From assembly GCA_965116565.1 (NCBI GenBank), contig OZ220699.1, forward strand, positions 57,837 through 121,836: a DNA stretch of 64,000 nt, written 5' to 3'. Positions within the stretch are counted from its first letter, which is position 1. Each line of letters begins with the position of its first letter. This document shows, in pieces, positions 1-7,551 of this stretch. Made by a program: the position numbers and the translations under genes. The notes under the pieces were generated by a model, which was not told the DNA's origin, made no database searches, and worked only from the letters and a program-made list of their open reading frames with translations. The stretch comes from Dehalococcoidia bacterium (GTDB lineage: Bacteria; Chloroflexota; Dehalococcoidia; Lucifugimonadales; UBA3495).

Positions 1-1918
1 CGCTGATGACGATGAAGTCCCGCGGACTCGCGGTGTCCGGTGTCACCGACACGGTGGGTTCCTTGATGGTGATGTCAACCTCGCCTTCGAAGCCGCCCTG
101 GTCCACCACCTCGATGGTGTAGGTATCGTCGTCAAGAGTCGGGTTGTTGGTGGAGGTGGAAACGGTCCACACGCGAACGGTCGCTGTGAACTCGCCGGAG
201 CTGGTCACTTTGACGCGTTCAGCGCCATCCTCGATCACCGTGCCTGCGTCGTCAACCACCAGGGGCTCGCCGTCAATGGTGATGTCGCTGACGAGGATAC
301 TGGAATTCTGGGTGAACCCGCTGCCGGAGATGATGATGCTCGCGTTGGGAGCAACTTCCTCCTGGCTCAGCGTCAGCGTCGATGCAACCACGCCCATGTA
401 GATGCGCTTGGTGTCAGTGCCGTCGGTCACCGCAATCTGAATTCGCTCATCCAGGCCGCCGGGCAGATCGAACACGAAGTCGCTGCCGTCCCGTTCGGGG
501 GTGAAGCAGTCGGTGTCGCCATCGGCCGAGGTCCAGGCACAGGTCGTGCCGAGGGTGATGCTTGAAATTGCGTTCGTGAAGTCGCGCGGCTTGACCGTCA
601 CTTCGTCACCAAAGTTCGCAGAGTCAGGGCTCACCGACACCGACGGTTCCAGGTCGAAGACCTTGACCGCGCTGGCCATCCGCGGGTTGCCGGCTTCGGA
701 GTCGGCGGCGCAGATGTGGTTCACCGCGCCCGCGTCGAACTCGTCCTGGTGGACGGTGAAGGTCACCACGAACTTGTCGTCGCTGCCCACCGGGGCCGCG
801 CCCAACTTCTCGCCCATGGTCATGACCATTTCGCAGCTCGGCGCTTCCGCGGCCGTGCTGACGTACACGCGGACTTCAGCGTTGGTGCCATTGTTGAAGC
901 CGGTTCCGGTGACCGTGATCTCCTTGCCGCGACCGGCGTCCTCATCGCTGAGGCTGATCTTGGCCAGGGTTGCCACCTCGCCCAGCTCGACCATGGGGCC
1001 GTCGTTGGCTTCGGCGTTGACGCCGAGGACGGAGTAGCCCACGCTGTGGGTGCCCTGCTCGGTCGGGTTCTTGATGCCGGCGGCCTTGGTGAAGACCAGC
1101 TTCAGGGTCTGCCCGGCTTCCGGCCCGTTGTAGCCGCTGTTCTCGGCGTTGTTCATGTCCGGGATGAAGACGCGGATGGACCAGTCGTCATCGCCGCCAA
1201 AGTGGTCGTCGTCGTCGACATCCACTCCATAGGTGGAATAGACGCGCCCGCCATTGTTCTGGTCATTGTCAACACCACTGCCTGAAACCGTGAAGTACAC
1301 GGTGTCGCGGTCGATGGAGTCGGGAACCTGGAAGTCGTCCTCCAGGTACAGCTCCACGGAGCTGCCGTCCACGGCGTTCATGGGCAGGCTGGCAATGGTC
1401 AGGATCAACTCCACCCCGGCGCCGCCGGTGGTGCTGCTGTTATCGATCATGTCGCCTTCGCTGCCCGGCATCATCCCGCCGTTGCCGCCCGTGGCGGCGT
1501 TGGTCGTCGCCGAGGCTTCGACGGACCAGGGTGATTCACCGCCGGAGCTCACGCCGCGCACCCGGTAGGTGTACGTGGTGTTGGCGGTGAGTCCCGTGTC
1601 GGTGTGGCTGGTGGTGTTCCCGGCAATCGTGCCCGAAACGGTGGTCCACTCCGGGGATGGCGGCGCACCGGGACCACCGAGGCTGCGTTGCAGTTCGTAG
1701 GAAGTTTGACCCAGCCCGGCGCTCCACGTCAAATTGATCTCGGTGTCGCTGGCCGCTGCTGCCGCCAGGCTGCTCGGCCCAACGACCGGTGGAGGGGCCT
1801 GCGCCTGGGCCTCGCCCGGTGTCCAGACCGTGGCCGCCACAACCGCCAGCATCGCGACAGCGGCTATCACCGCCAACAGCGACACCGGCCAGATGCGCTT
1901 TCTGGTTTTGTTACTCAT
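1..1918 (-). CDS. Secreted surface/S-layer-like protein with N-terminal Fn3 domain and Ig-like repeats (3' end beyond window)
   Basis: Not in ORF track because it runs off the edge. ATG at 1918 with AAGGAGA SD; MSNKTRKRIWPVSLLAVIAAVAMLAVVAATVWTPGEAQAQ signal peptide; Fn3 motif INLTWS...TDTGLTANTTYTYRVRGV; acidic beta-rich repeats (ITVTGTGF, IIISGSGF); frame open to window edge. Confidence 0.8.
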   Translation of the reverse strand, partial: MSNKTRKRIWPVSLLAVIAAVAMLAVVAATVWTPGEAQAQAPPPVVGPSSLAAAAASDTEINLTWSAGLGQTSYELQRSLGGPGAPPSPEWTTVSGTIAGNTTSHTDTGLTANTTYTYRVRGVSSGGESPWSVEASATTNAATGGNGGMMPGSEGDMIDNSSTTGGAGVELILTIASLPMNAVDGSSVELYLEDDFQVPDSIDRDTVYFTVSGSGVDNDQNNGGRVYSTYGVDVDDDDHFGGDDDWSIRVFIPDMNNAENSGYNGPEAGQTLKLVFTKAAGIKNPTEQGTHSVGYSVLGVNAEANDGPMVELGEVATLAKISLSDEDAGRGKEITVTGTGFNNGTNAEVRVYVSTAAEAPSCEMVMTMGEKLGAAPVGSDDKFVVTFTVHQDEFDAGAVNHICAADSEAGNPRMASAVKVFDLEPSVSVSPDSANFGDEVTVKPRDFTNAISSITLGTTCAWTSADGDTDCFTPERDGSDFVFDLPGGLDERIQIAVTDGTDTKRIYMGVVASTLTLSQEEVAPNASIIISGSGFTQNSSILVSDITIDGEPLVVDDAGTVIEDGAERVKVTSSGEFTATVRVWTVSTSTNNPTLDDDTYTIEVVDQGGFEGEVDITIKEPTVSVTPDTASPRDFIVIS

Positions 1919-1951
1919 TTGACTGAATCTCCTTTGAGATTGTCTTCTTTC

Positions 1952-2001
1952 GTTGCCGGAACGCTCAACTGAGCGTTGCTTGCGTCAAGCGTTCCGGCAA
2001 C
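1952..2001. other. Intergenic inverted repeat (14-bp stem) with competing inner hairpin
   Basis: gttgccggaacgct 1952-1965 / agcgttccggcaac 1988-2001; alternative aacgctc-aact-gagcgtt 1960-1977. Confidence 0.75.
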
Positions 2002-2031
2002 TTTGCTGGTCATCCAACTAGCGCGGGTCAA

Positions 2032-5000
2032 CTACGGCTGGTAGTCCAGTGGAGTGGCCGCGGGAGCCCAGTTGGTCCACTCAGTGCCGTCCCGACCCCC
2101 AACCACGAAGACGTGGTAGGTGCCGGCCGGGCGCTCTGACATGTTGACCATGAAAGGAGTGCCGGTGGGTGCATGGTCGAACACGGCGTTGGGAATGTCC
2201 CATTCGTCATTCGCATCACGCCGGATCATCGCCACGTAGAAGGTGTCGGCGTTCTCGCCGCCCTCCCAGGTGACCGTGACCTGGACTCCGTCGTGGCTGG
2301 CCATGACGCCGCTCGGCGCCATCAGCTCGGCCGGGGCCATCGCCTCGGTCGTGGCCGATTTCTCGTCAGACCACTCGCCAGCGCCCTTGGCGTTGACCGC
2401 CTTCACCCGGTAGGTGTACTCGGTCTCCGCCATCAGGCCAGTGTCCTCGTAGGAGGTCACATCGCCAACTACGGCGTAGCGCTTCATGAAGTACTCGTCC
2501 ACCGTCATCTTGTCGGCTTCAGCAAGCCCCGCGTACATCTTGCAGAACGGGTTGTCGCTGTCGGCAGTGCGATCGTCCATGACCGCCGCAACCATGGCTT
2601 CGCAGCCAAGGCCGTCCCACCAGGTCTGCGCGTCCGTGAACGCGTCGCCCATGGCGTCCTCATGGTCGAGGAACATCATGTCGCCGTACTTGCGCTCGAT
2701 GATGAATCCGGTAACCGGCGCGCCAGCGGGATCCGCCGGAGCGGTCCACGACACGGTGATTGCCATGTCGCTGTCGGCCGTCGCCGTCACGCCCGTGGGC
2801 GCGTCGGGAGCCATCGCGTCGTCGGTCATCGCCGTGACGTTGTCAGACTCAGGACTCACCGAATAGGTGTCAGCCGCAGTCATGTTCTGCGCCAGCACCC
2901 GGTAGGTGCGTTCGGTCAACGGCGCCAGGCCGTAGTTGGTGTAGATGGTGCGGACCATGCCGTTCATGTTGTCGGCGTCGTCGCTATCCATTATGCGCGC
3001 CACTTCCATCCACTCGCCGTCCATATCGTATTCGATGATGTAGGCCACGATGGGCGCGGCGTCGGGGGTGCGGGACTGTACGTTCCACATCAGGTTGATC
3101 ATGGTCGCGCCCATGGCTTCCGCCACCAGGCCTTCCGGCTTGTCCGGCGCCTTGGCTACCGGTGTGGTTGCGGTTGCGGTGTCGGACCAGTCGCTCTTCA
3201 GCTCCGGCACGCCCTTGTTTATTGTCAGCACCCGGTAACGCCTGGTCTGGCCGGGCAGCAGCCCTTCGTGCGTGTACGAGCAGTCATTGCCATCGCACGC
3301 CGCCTTCACCGTCACGGTGGCCAGGGCCTCCCAGCTGTCGCTGTCGTTCTCGGACACTTCGATTTCGTACTTGATGATCTCGCCAAAGCCGTCGCCGTCT
3401 CCGCCGCCGTCGGCGTCACGAGCGGGGCGCTCCCATTCGAGAATGATCTCGGTCGGGGTGCGCTGCGACGTCTTCGCCTCGACGTTCATCGGCCGGCCTG
3501 GCTTTTCAGCATTCGTGGTCGTGGCCGATGCCCGCACCGGCAGGCTGTACGCTTCGCCGTTCACAGTTGTGGGCTCGATGGTTGCCGGGGCATTCTTGGC
3601 GAACACCTCGTAGGTGTACTCCACGCCAGCCTTCCGGCCGGTGTGCGAATACATGCACTTGCCCGTGCTCATGTTGCAGATGTCTGCATCGGCCATGTCG
3701 GGCGTCAGCAGTGTCCAATCACTGGCGTCGGGATCGGTGGACCACCGTACCCGGTAGTGCGTGGCATACACCTTGTCGTCGTCCGTGGCCGACCCATCAG
3801 GCGTCGGGTCGTGCGAGTAGGTCCGTTCCCACTCCAGGTCGATCTTGGTCCGACCGCCATCGGTGTCTTGGTCCTTCATCGCCTCCAAGTCTCCGGGCGG
3901 CATCTGCAGATACACGCTCGACGGCGCAATGACCAGGTCATCGCCGTCGGGTCGGAGAATGAAAGTGGAGGTCCCCTCGTCAGTGAAGGTTATGGTTTGG
4001 GATGTCGCCTGGGCGGTATCAGCACCGGGGGCGATCACGGTTCCGGTAGCGTCCAGCGGAGCGTTGTTAGTATCCACGAGCGTGTAGCCGCCAGGGATTT
4101 TTACCATTACGACTATTTGTTCATTGGTCCCCAACTGGACTGCGTCCACGTTGGGATCAACGGTTGTGTCTTCGTCGACTTCTTCCAGTTCGACGGTAAA
4201 CGTCTGGTTGGTTGCCACTGCGGGTGTAGGCGCCGCGTCCATCCTACTGGGGCGCGCGTAGACCACCATGCTGGGCGTGATCTCCAAGCTGGGTGTTCTC
4301 ACTGGGACTGGGGTGGGCGCTTCGCCCGGCGTCACAGTTGTACCGTCTGTAGTGTCGTCGTCCGTAACGGTTACGGTAACGTCGGCCACATCGATTCCAG
4401 CGTATGTGGTGTCAGCACTGGCTACCGTATGGGTCAAGGTTGCCGTGTCGTTATCGGCATCGGCGCCTTCTTCTGCGGCGGTAACCGTCACCGTCTGGCC
4501 TATCCACCAGTTTGCGGTGGTGAATGCCGAAAGCGTGGAGGCAGACACGTCGGTATTGTCACTGGCGATTGTCACCGTCACATCTGCGGTGGGCGCGCGG
4601 GTCAATACCACCATGTACGTTGCGGTGTTGGCGTCGCCGCCGCCCGCCGCCTCTGTTACCGCCAGGCTGGTATCGGAGATATACACCCCCGGCTCATCGG
4701 TCACGGCCACGTTTTTGATCGTCACGCTGTTGATTGTGAGGCCGCTGAATCCTGCGGGCGCGTCGGAGACATCCACCGTGGGCTGGATGGTCGTGGTCTG
4801 CTGCACGATGTCAAGGTCGTTCAGGCTCACGTGGATGGAGTCCGACATGTTTGGCTGGGCTCCAGTTGGCGAGAGCGCCGCATCGTAAACGGTGGGCACG
4901 TCCTTGACCGTGCGCTCCCACACCCGGTTCAGGGCAAACACCCGGAACTCCCACTGCAGGTTCGCAAAGTAGGTCTCGAAGTCGCCGACATGACCTTCCA

Positions 5001-6192
5001 GGTCGGACATCGTCATGTCGTCGCCGTCGGTCTTGGTGTTGGCGTCTTTGTTCCACGCCACTCGGGCCGCCCGCCTCAGCTCCACCGCGTGATCGGTGAG
5101 CAGCAGGTCGGAGGTGGTCGCGGCGTGAAGGATGATCGCGTTGTCGGATTCATTGCCCCACATCACGTCGGTGTCGGTGCTTACCGGATCGTGTACCGAG
5201 CCGTCAATGTCGGTCATCGGGCGGCCCTGGATCAGGTAGCCGTTGACCGGCGCTCCGGCTGGATCGTCGGGAACCTCCCAGTAGATCCGGATGTCATTCT
5301 CCGACCTGTTCACCGACGCCCACAGGTCGGTCGGCGGGGCGGGCAGCACACCGTCGTCGGTGGTCGCGGACTTGCTGTCCGAAGCGTCGCCCGTGCCAAC
5401 GGTGCCCATGGCGTCTTCGTTCACCGCGTAGATCTGGAAGTGCCACGTCTGGTGCTCCAGCAGGCCGTCGAAGGTGTACTGGCAGTCCAGGCCGTCATTG
5501 CCTGCGGTGAAGCCGCAGTAAACGTGGTCGTCGTCCGCCTCGTCGATATTGTTCACCACCGTGAGGGATTGTACCTGGTCGTCCAGGCTCAGGTCTGCCG
5601 GGTTGATCGCGTAGGCGATCTTGTACTCGACGATGCTGGTTCCGTCCGGTTCGTCCGGCTCGTCCCAGCGCAGCGTGATCATGGTGCGCGTTGCGTCGGT
5701 GGCGCTGGAGGGCGGATTCACCGCCGTGCCCCGGGTCGCCGTTACGTCGTCTGGATCCTCCGGCGTGGTGGAGGCATCCGTGACCGCCATGGCTGGCGTC
5801 GGGAATGCCACCGGGCCGATCTTCGTGCCGCTGGTGTTGTGGGCGAAGATCCGGTAGTACTTCGTCTCCCGCGCCGACAGGCCGGTGTCCTCGTACTCCG
5901 TGGCCTGGGCCGGCAGGCTGCCGTCCTCCAGTTGCCAGGTGAGACCGTCGTCGGATACGTCAATCCGGTATGCGGTGGGTCGCCCGCCATCGGTGGGCGC
6001 GTCCCACGTCAACTTCAGGCTGGTCGGGCCCGTGGATTCCAGCATTACGTTCTGGACCTGGCCCGGAGCCGCCAACGTCTGCGCCTCGGTCTCGCCGGGC
6101 TGCAGCGTCATGAAGGCGGCCAGCGCGCCGATCACGGCTACCGCCGCGATCAGTGGCACTGACCACATCAATTTTCTTGTCTTTCTACTCAT
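2032..6192 (-). CDS. Large secreted multi-fibronectin type III protein (~1386 aa) with an internal Calx-beta-like module
   Basis: Start MSRKTRKLMWSVPLIAAVAV at 6192 (SD AAGGAGA, signal peptide); many Fn3 signatures (LxWxxP...Y...DTGL..T.Y.YRV.A.N); ORF 2032..6318 has an in-frame 42-codon extension. Confidence 0.9.
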   Translation of the reverse strand: MSRKTRKLMWSVPLIAAVAVIGALAAFMTLQPGETEAQTLAAPGQVQNVMLESTGPTSLKLTWDAPTDGGRPTAYRIDVSDDGLTWQLEDGSLPAQATEYEDTGLSARETKYYRIFAHNTSGTKIGPVAFPTPAMAVTDASTTPEDPDDVTATRGTAVNPPSSATDATRTMITLRWDEPDEPDGTSIVEYKIAYAINPADLSLDDQVQSLTVVNNIDEADDDHVYCGFTAGNDGLDCQYTFDGLLEHQTWHFQIYAVNEDAMGTVGTGDASDSKSATTDDGVLPAPPTDLWASVNRSENDIRIYWEVPDDPAGAPVNGYLIQGRPMTDIDGSVHDPVSTDTDVMWGNESDNAIILHAATTSDLLLTDHAVELRRAARVAWNKDANTKTDGDDMTMSDLEGHVGDFETYFANLQWEFRVFALNRVWERTVKDVPTVYDAALSPTGAQPNMSDSIHVSLNDLDIVQQTTTIQPTVDVSDAPAGFSGLTINSVTIKNVAVTDEPGVYISDTSLAVTEAAGGGDANTATYMVVLTRAPTADVTVTIASDNTDVSASTLSAFTTANWWIGQTVTVTAAEEGADADNDTATLTHTVASADTTYAGIDVADVTVTVTDDDTTDGTTVTPGEAPTPVPVRTPSLEITPSMVVYARPSRMDAAPTPAVATNQTFTVELEEVDEDTTVDPNVDAVQLGTNEQIVVMVKIPGGYTLVDTNNAPLDATGTVIAPGADTAQATSQTITFTDEGTSTFILRPDGDDLVIAPSSVYLQMPPGDLEAMKDQDTDGGRTKIDLEWERTYSHDPTPDGSATDDDKVYATHYRVRWSTDPDASDWTLLTPDMADADICNMSTGKCMYSHTGRKAGVEYTYEVFAKNAPATIEPTTVNGEAYSLPVRASATTTNAEKPGRPMNVEAKTSQRTPTEIILEWERPARDADGGGDGDGFGEIIKYEIEVSENDSDSWEALATVTVKAACDGNDCSYTHEGLLPGQTRRYRVLTINKGVPELKSDWSDTATATTPVAKAPDKPEGLVAEAMGATMINLMWNVQSRTPDAAPIVAYIIEYDMDGEWMEVARIMDSDDADNMNGMVRTIYTNYGLAPLTERTYRVLAQNMTAADTYSVSPESDNVTAMTDDAMAPDAPTGVTATADSDMAITVSWTAPADPAGAPVTGFIIERKYGDMMFLDHEDAMGDAFTDAQTWWDGLGCEAMVAAVMDDRTADSDNPFCKMYAGLAEADKMTVDEYFMKRYAVVGDVTSYEDTGLMAETEYTYRVKAVNAKGAGEWSDEKSATTEAMAPAELMAPSGVMASHDGVQVTVTWEGGENADTFYVAMIRRDANDEWDIPNAVFDHAPTGTPFMVNMSERPAGTYHVFVVGGRDGTEWTNWAPAATPLDYQP

Positions 6193-6371
6193 TTGACAAA
6201 ATCTCCTTGTGAGATCGTCATTTGCGTGTTGGGTGTTACTCGGCGCGCCCTCGGCCCGTTGGTTCCGGGGCCAGTCAGTTTCAGTGCCCGCGGGCGGGCA
6301 GGGGGCGACTTTATACATATCCTCTCGGTTCTCACCTCCTTGCGATGAGGCCGTCGGTGGGGCCGCCCCCT

Positions 6372-6434
6372 CCGCTCGTCCTGATCCTGTCGATGGGCTG
6401 AGCCTGTCGCAGGATCATCCTGAGCTTGTCCAGG
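6372..6434 (+). repeat. Three degenerate copies of the ctgagcctgtcgaagg-type short repeat
   Basis: ccgctcgtcctgatcctgtcgatgg, ctgagcctgtcgcagga, tcatcctgagcttgtccagg. Confidence 0.6.
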
Positions 6435-6481
6435 GGCCGGCCGCGCGCGACGGCAGGATGGATTACAAGTCATGCCGCGCA

Positions 6482-6490
6482 ATTATAGCA
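6482..6490 (-). promoter_or_regulatory. Extended -10 promoter (TGCTATAAT) upstream of the Fn3 genes
   Basis: Reverse complement of attatagca; perfect TGnTATAAT about 290 bp upstream of the 6192 start. Confidence 0.55.
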
Positions 6491-6582
6491 GGACCAATAT
6501 TACGCGAGTATTACGGTTCACATATCATTTCGGACAATTTTCAAAAACCGCCAACCACCCTCCCCCGCTCATGGCGCCCCGT

Positions 6583-6634
6583 CGAACCACCAACCCGCAC
6601 CCGACGAACCACCAACCCGCACCCGACGAACCAC
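6583..6634 (+). repeat. 22-bp tandem repeat (x2.4)
   Basis: cgaaccaccaacccgcacccga at 6583 and 6605, partial copy at 6627. Confidence 0.85.
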
Positions 6635-6642
6635 GCATCCCC

Positions 6643-6728
6643 CCGCTCATGGGGAGCCTGTCGAACCATCGTAACTGTCCCTTCTCCCTCGATGGGAGAG
6701 GGTCAGGGTGAGGGTGAAAAACCCAACC
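6643..6728 (+). repeat. 86-bp direct repeat, copy 1 (composite of two palindromic repeat families)
   Basis: 81/86 identical to 7208-7293 by eye; contains ccgctcatggNgagcctgtcgaacc and ctctccc...gggagagggtcagggtgagggtg. Confidence 0.9.
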
Positions 6729-6750
6729 ACCCACCAATCCACCAAACCCA

Positions 6751-6780
6751 ATCCTGTGAATCCTGTATATCCCTGTAAAA
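6751..6780 (+). repeat. atcctgt-type repeat (also at 7463-7492, part at 7515-7530)
   Basis: atcctgtgaatcctgtatatccctgtaaaa vs atcctgtttatcctgtatatccctgtaaaa, 28/30 identical. Confidence 0.8.
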
Positions 6781-6788
6781 CAAACCCC

Positions 6789-6817
6789 TTGACAACCCAT
6801 ACCCAAACAGATAATCT
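6789..6817 (+). promoter_or_regulatory. Sigma70-type promoter TTGACA-N17-TAATCT
   Basis: TTGACA 6789-6794, 17-bp spacer, TAATCT 6812-6817. Confidence 0.6.
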
Positions 6818-6834
6818 AATATCAGCCAAGGCAA

Positions 6835-6846
6835 GAACGCGTGTTC
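6835..6846. promoter_or_regulatory. Putative LexA (SOS) box GAAC-GCGT-GTTC
   Basis: Exact match to GAAC-RNRY-GTTC, just downstream of the predicted transcription start. Confidence 0.6.
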
Positions 6847-7207
6847 CATCAACGACCCCAGGGAGGCAGAACCCAGGCATCGACGGCCAACCCCGTCAGT
6901 AAAAATCGCAACCGGCCCAGGTGGCAACCGCCGCTCAAAGACCTGACTCCTCAACGGCATTCGCCCCACTGGCGTCCCCGGGACTGTCCGAGCCCGCGCG
7001 CAGGCGCGCACCAAGCGCGCTGAGTACACGGAAAAGTAGGTCAAATAGTTGCGTGCCCAACCCGGCCGTGCGCTGACAACGATGCCAACCCTGCCTCCCG
7101 CCAAACCCCCAAACCAGCAAACACCGCCAACCAACCCCCAACCCAGCAACCAACCGCCAACCCGGCAACCCCAAAAGGAGAACCCGCCCCGAACCACCAA
7201 ACACCCA

Positions 7208-7293
7208 CCGCTCATGGCGAGCCCGTCGAACCACCGTAACTGTCCCCTCTCCCTGGATGGGAGAGGGTCAGGGTGAGGGTGAAAAACCCAACC
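7208..7293 (+). repeat. 86-bp direct repeat, copy 2
   Basis: 81/86 identical to 6643-6728; 565-bp period. Confidence 0.9.
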
Positions 7294-7346
7294 CCACAGC
7301 CGTCGTCGGGTGCATCAATACCCCGTCCGGCGCCCAGACATGCGCA

Positions 7347-7425
7347 AGGGGCGGACTCGCATCCGCCCCTGACCCCCGCTCATGGTGAGCCTGTCGAACC
7401 ATCATCCTGAGCCTGTCGAAGGATG
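7347..7425 (+). repeat. Hairpin aggggcgga/tccgcccct followed by two gagcctgtcgaa repeats
   Basis: 7347-7370 palindrome; ccgctcatggtgagcctgtcgaaccatcatcctgagcctgtcgaaggatg 7376-7425. Confidence 0.75.
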
Positions 7426-7477
7426 ACGCCTACGCACAGGTGGGTATCTACCCCAAAACCCCATCCTGTTTATCCTG

Positions 7478-7551
7478 TATATCCCTGTAAAACTCGTCCT
7501 GCAGGAACGCCAGCTATATCCCTGTAAAACTCGTCCTACAGGAACGCCAGC
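7478..7551. repeat. 37-bp tandem duplication of the DUF1501 gene 3' end
   Basis: tatatccctgtaaaactcgtcct(g/a)caggaacgccagc x2; the only mismatch is in the stop codon (TAG vs CAG). Confidence 0.9.

Noticed and set aside
2173-6162. 1329-aa plus-strand ORF and many similar long antisense ORFs (e.g. 9912..11606, 42125..43930, 50433..53393)
   Set aside because: Shadow frames of genuine high-GC genes on the opposite strand; no motifs and typical antisense composition.
6193-6318. 42-codon N-terminal extension of the Fn3 gene with an upstream AAGGAGGTGA
   Set aside because: SD spacing to ATG 6318 is poor, and the 6192 start has its own SD and signal peptide matching the neighbouring gene.
6841-7023. 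60-aa ORF downstream of the SOS-like promoter
   Set aside because: Its GTG lies inside the operator, it has no SD, and the sequence is low-information Pro/Arg-rich.
6564-7425. Possible CRISPR array in the repeat cluster
   Set aside because: Repeats differ in length and family, spacing is irregular, and there are no cas genes.
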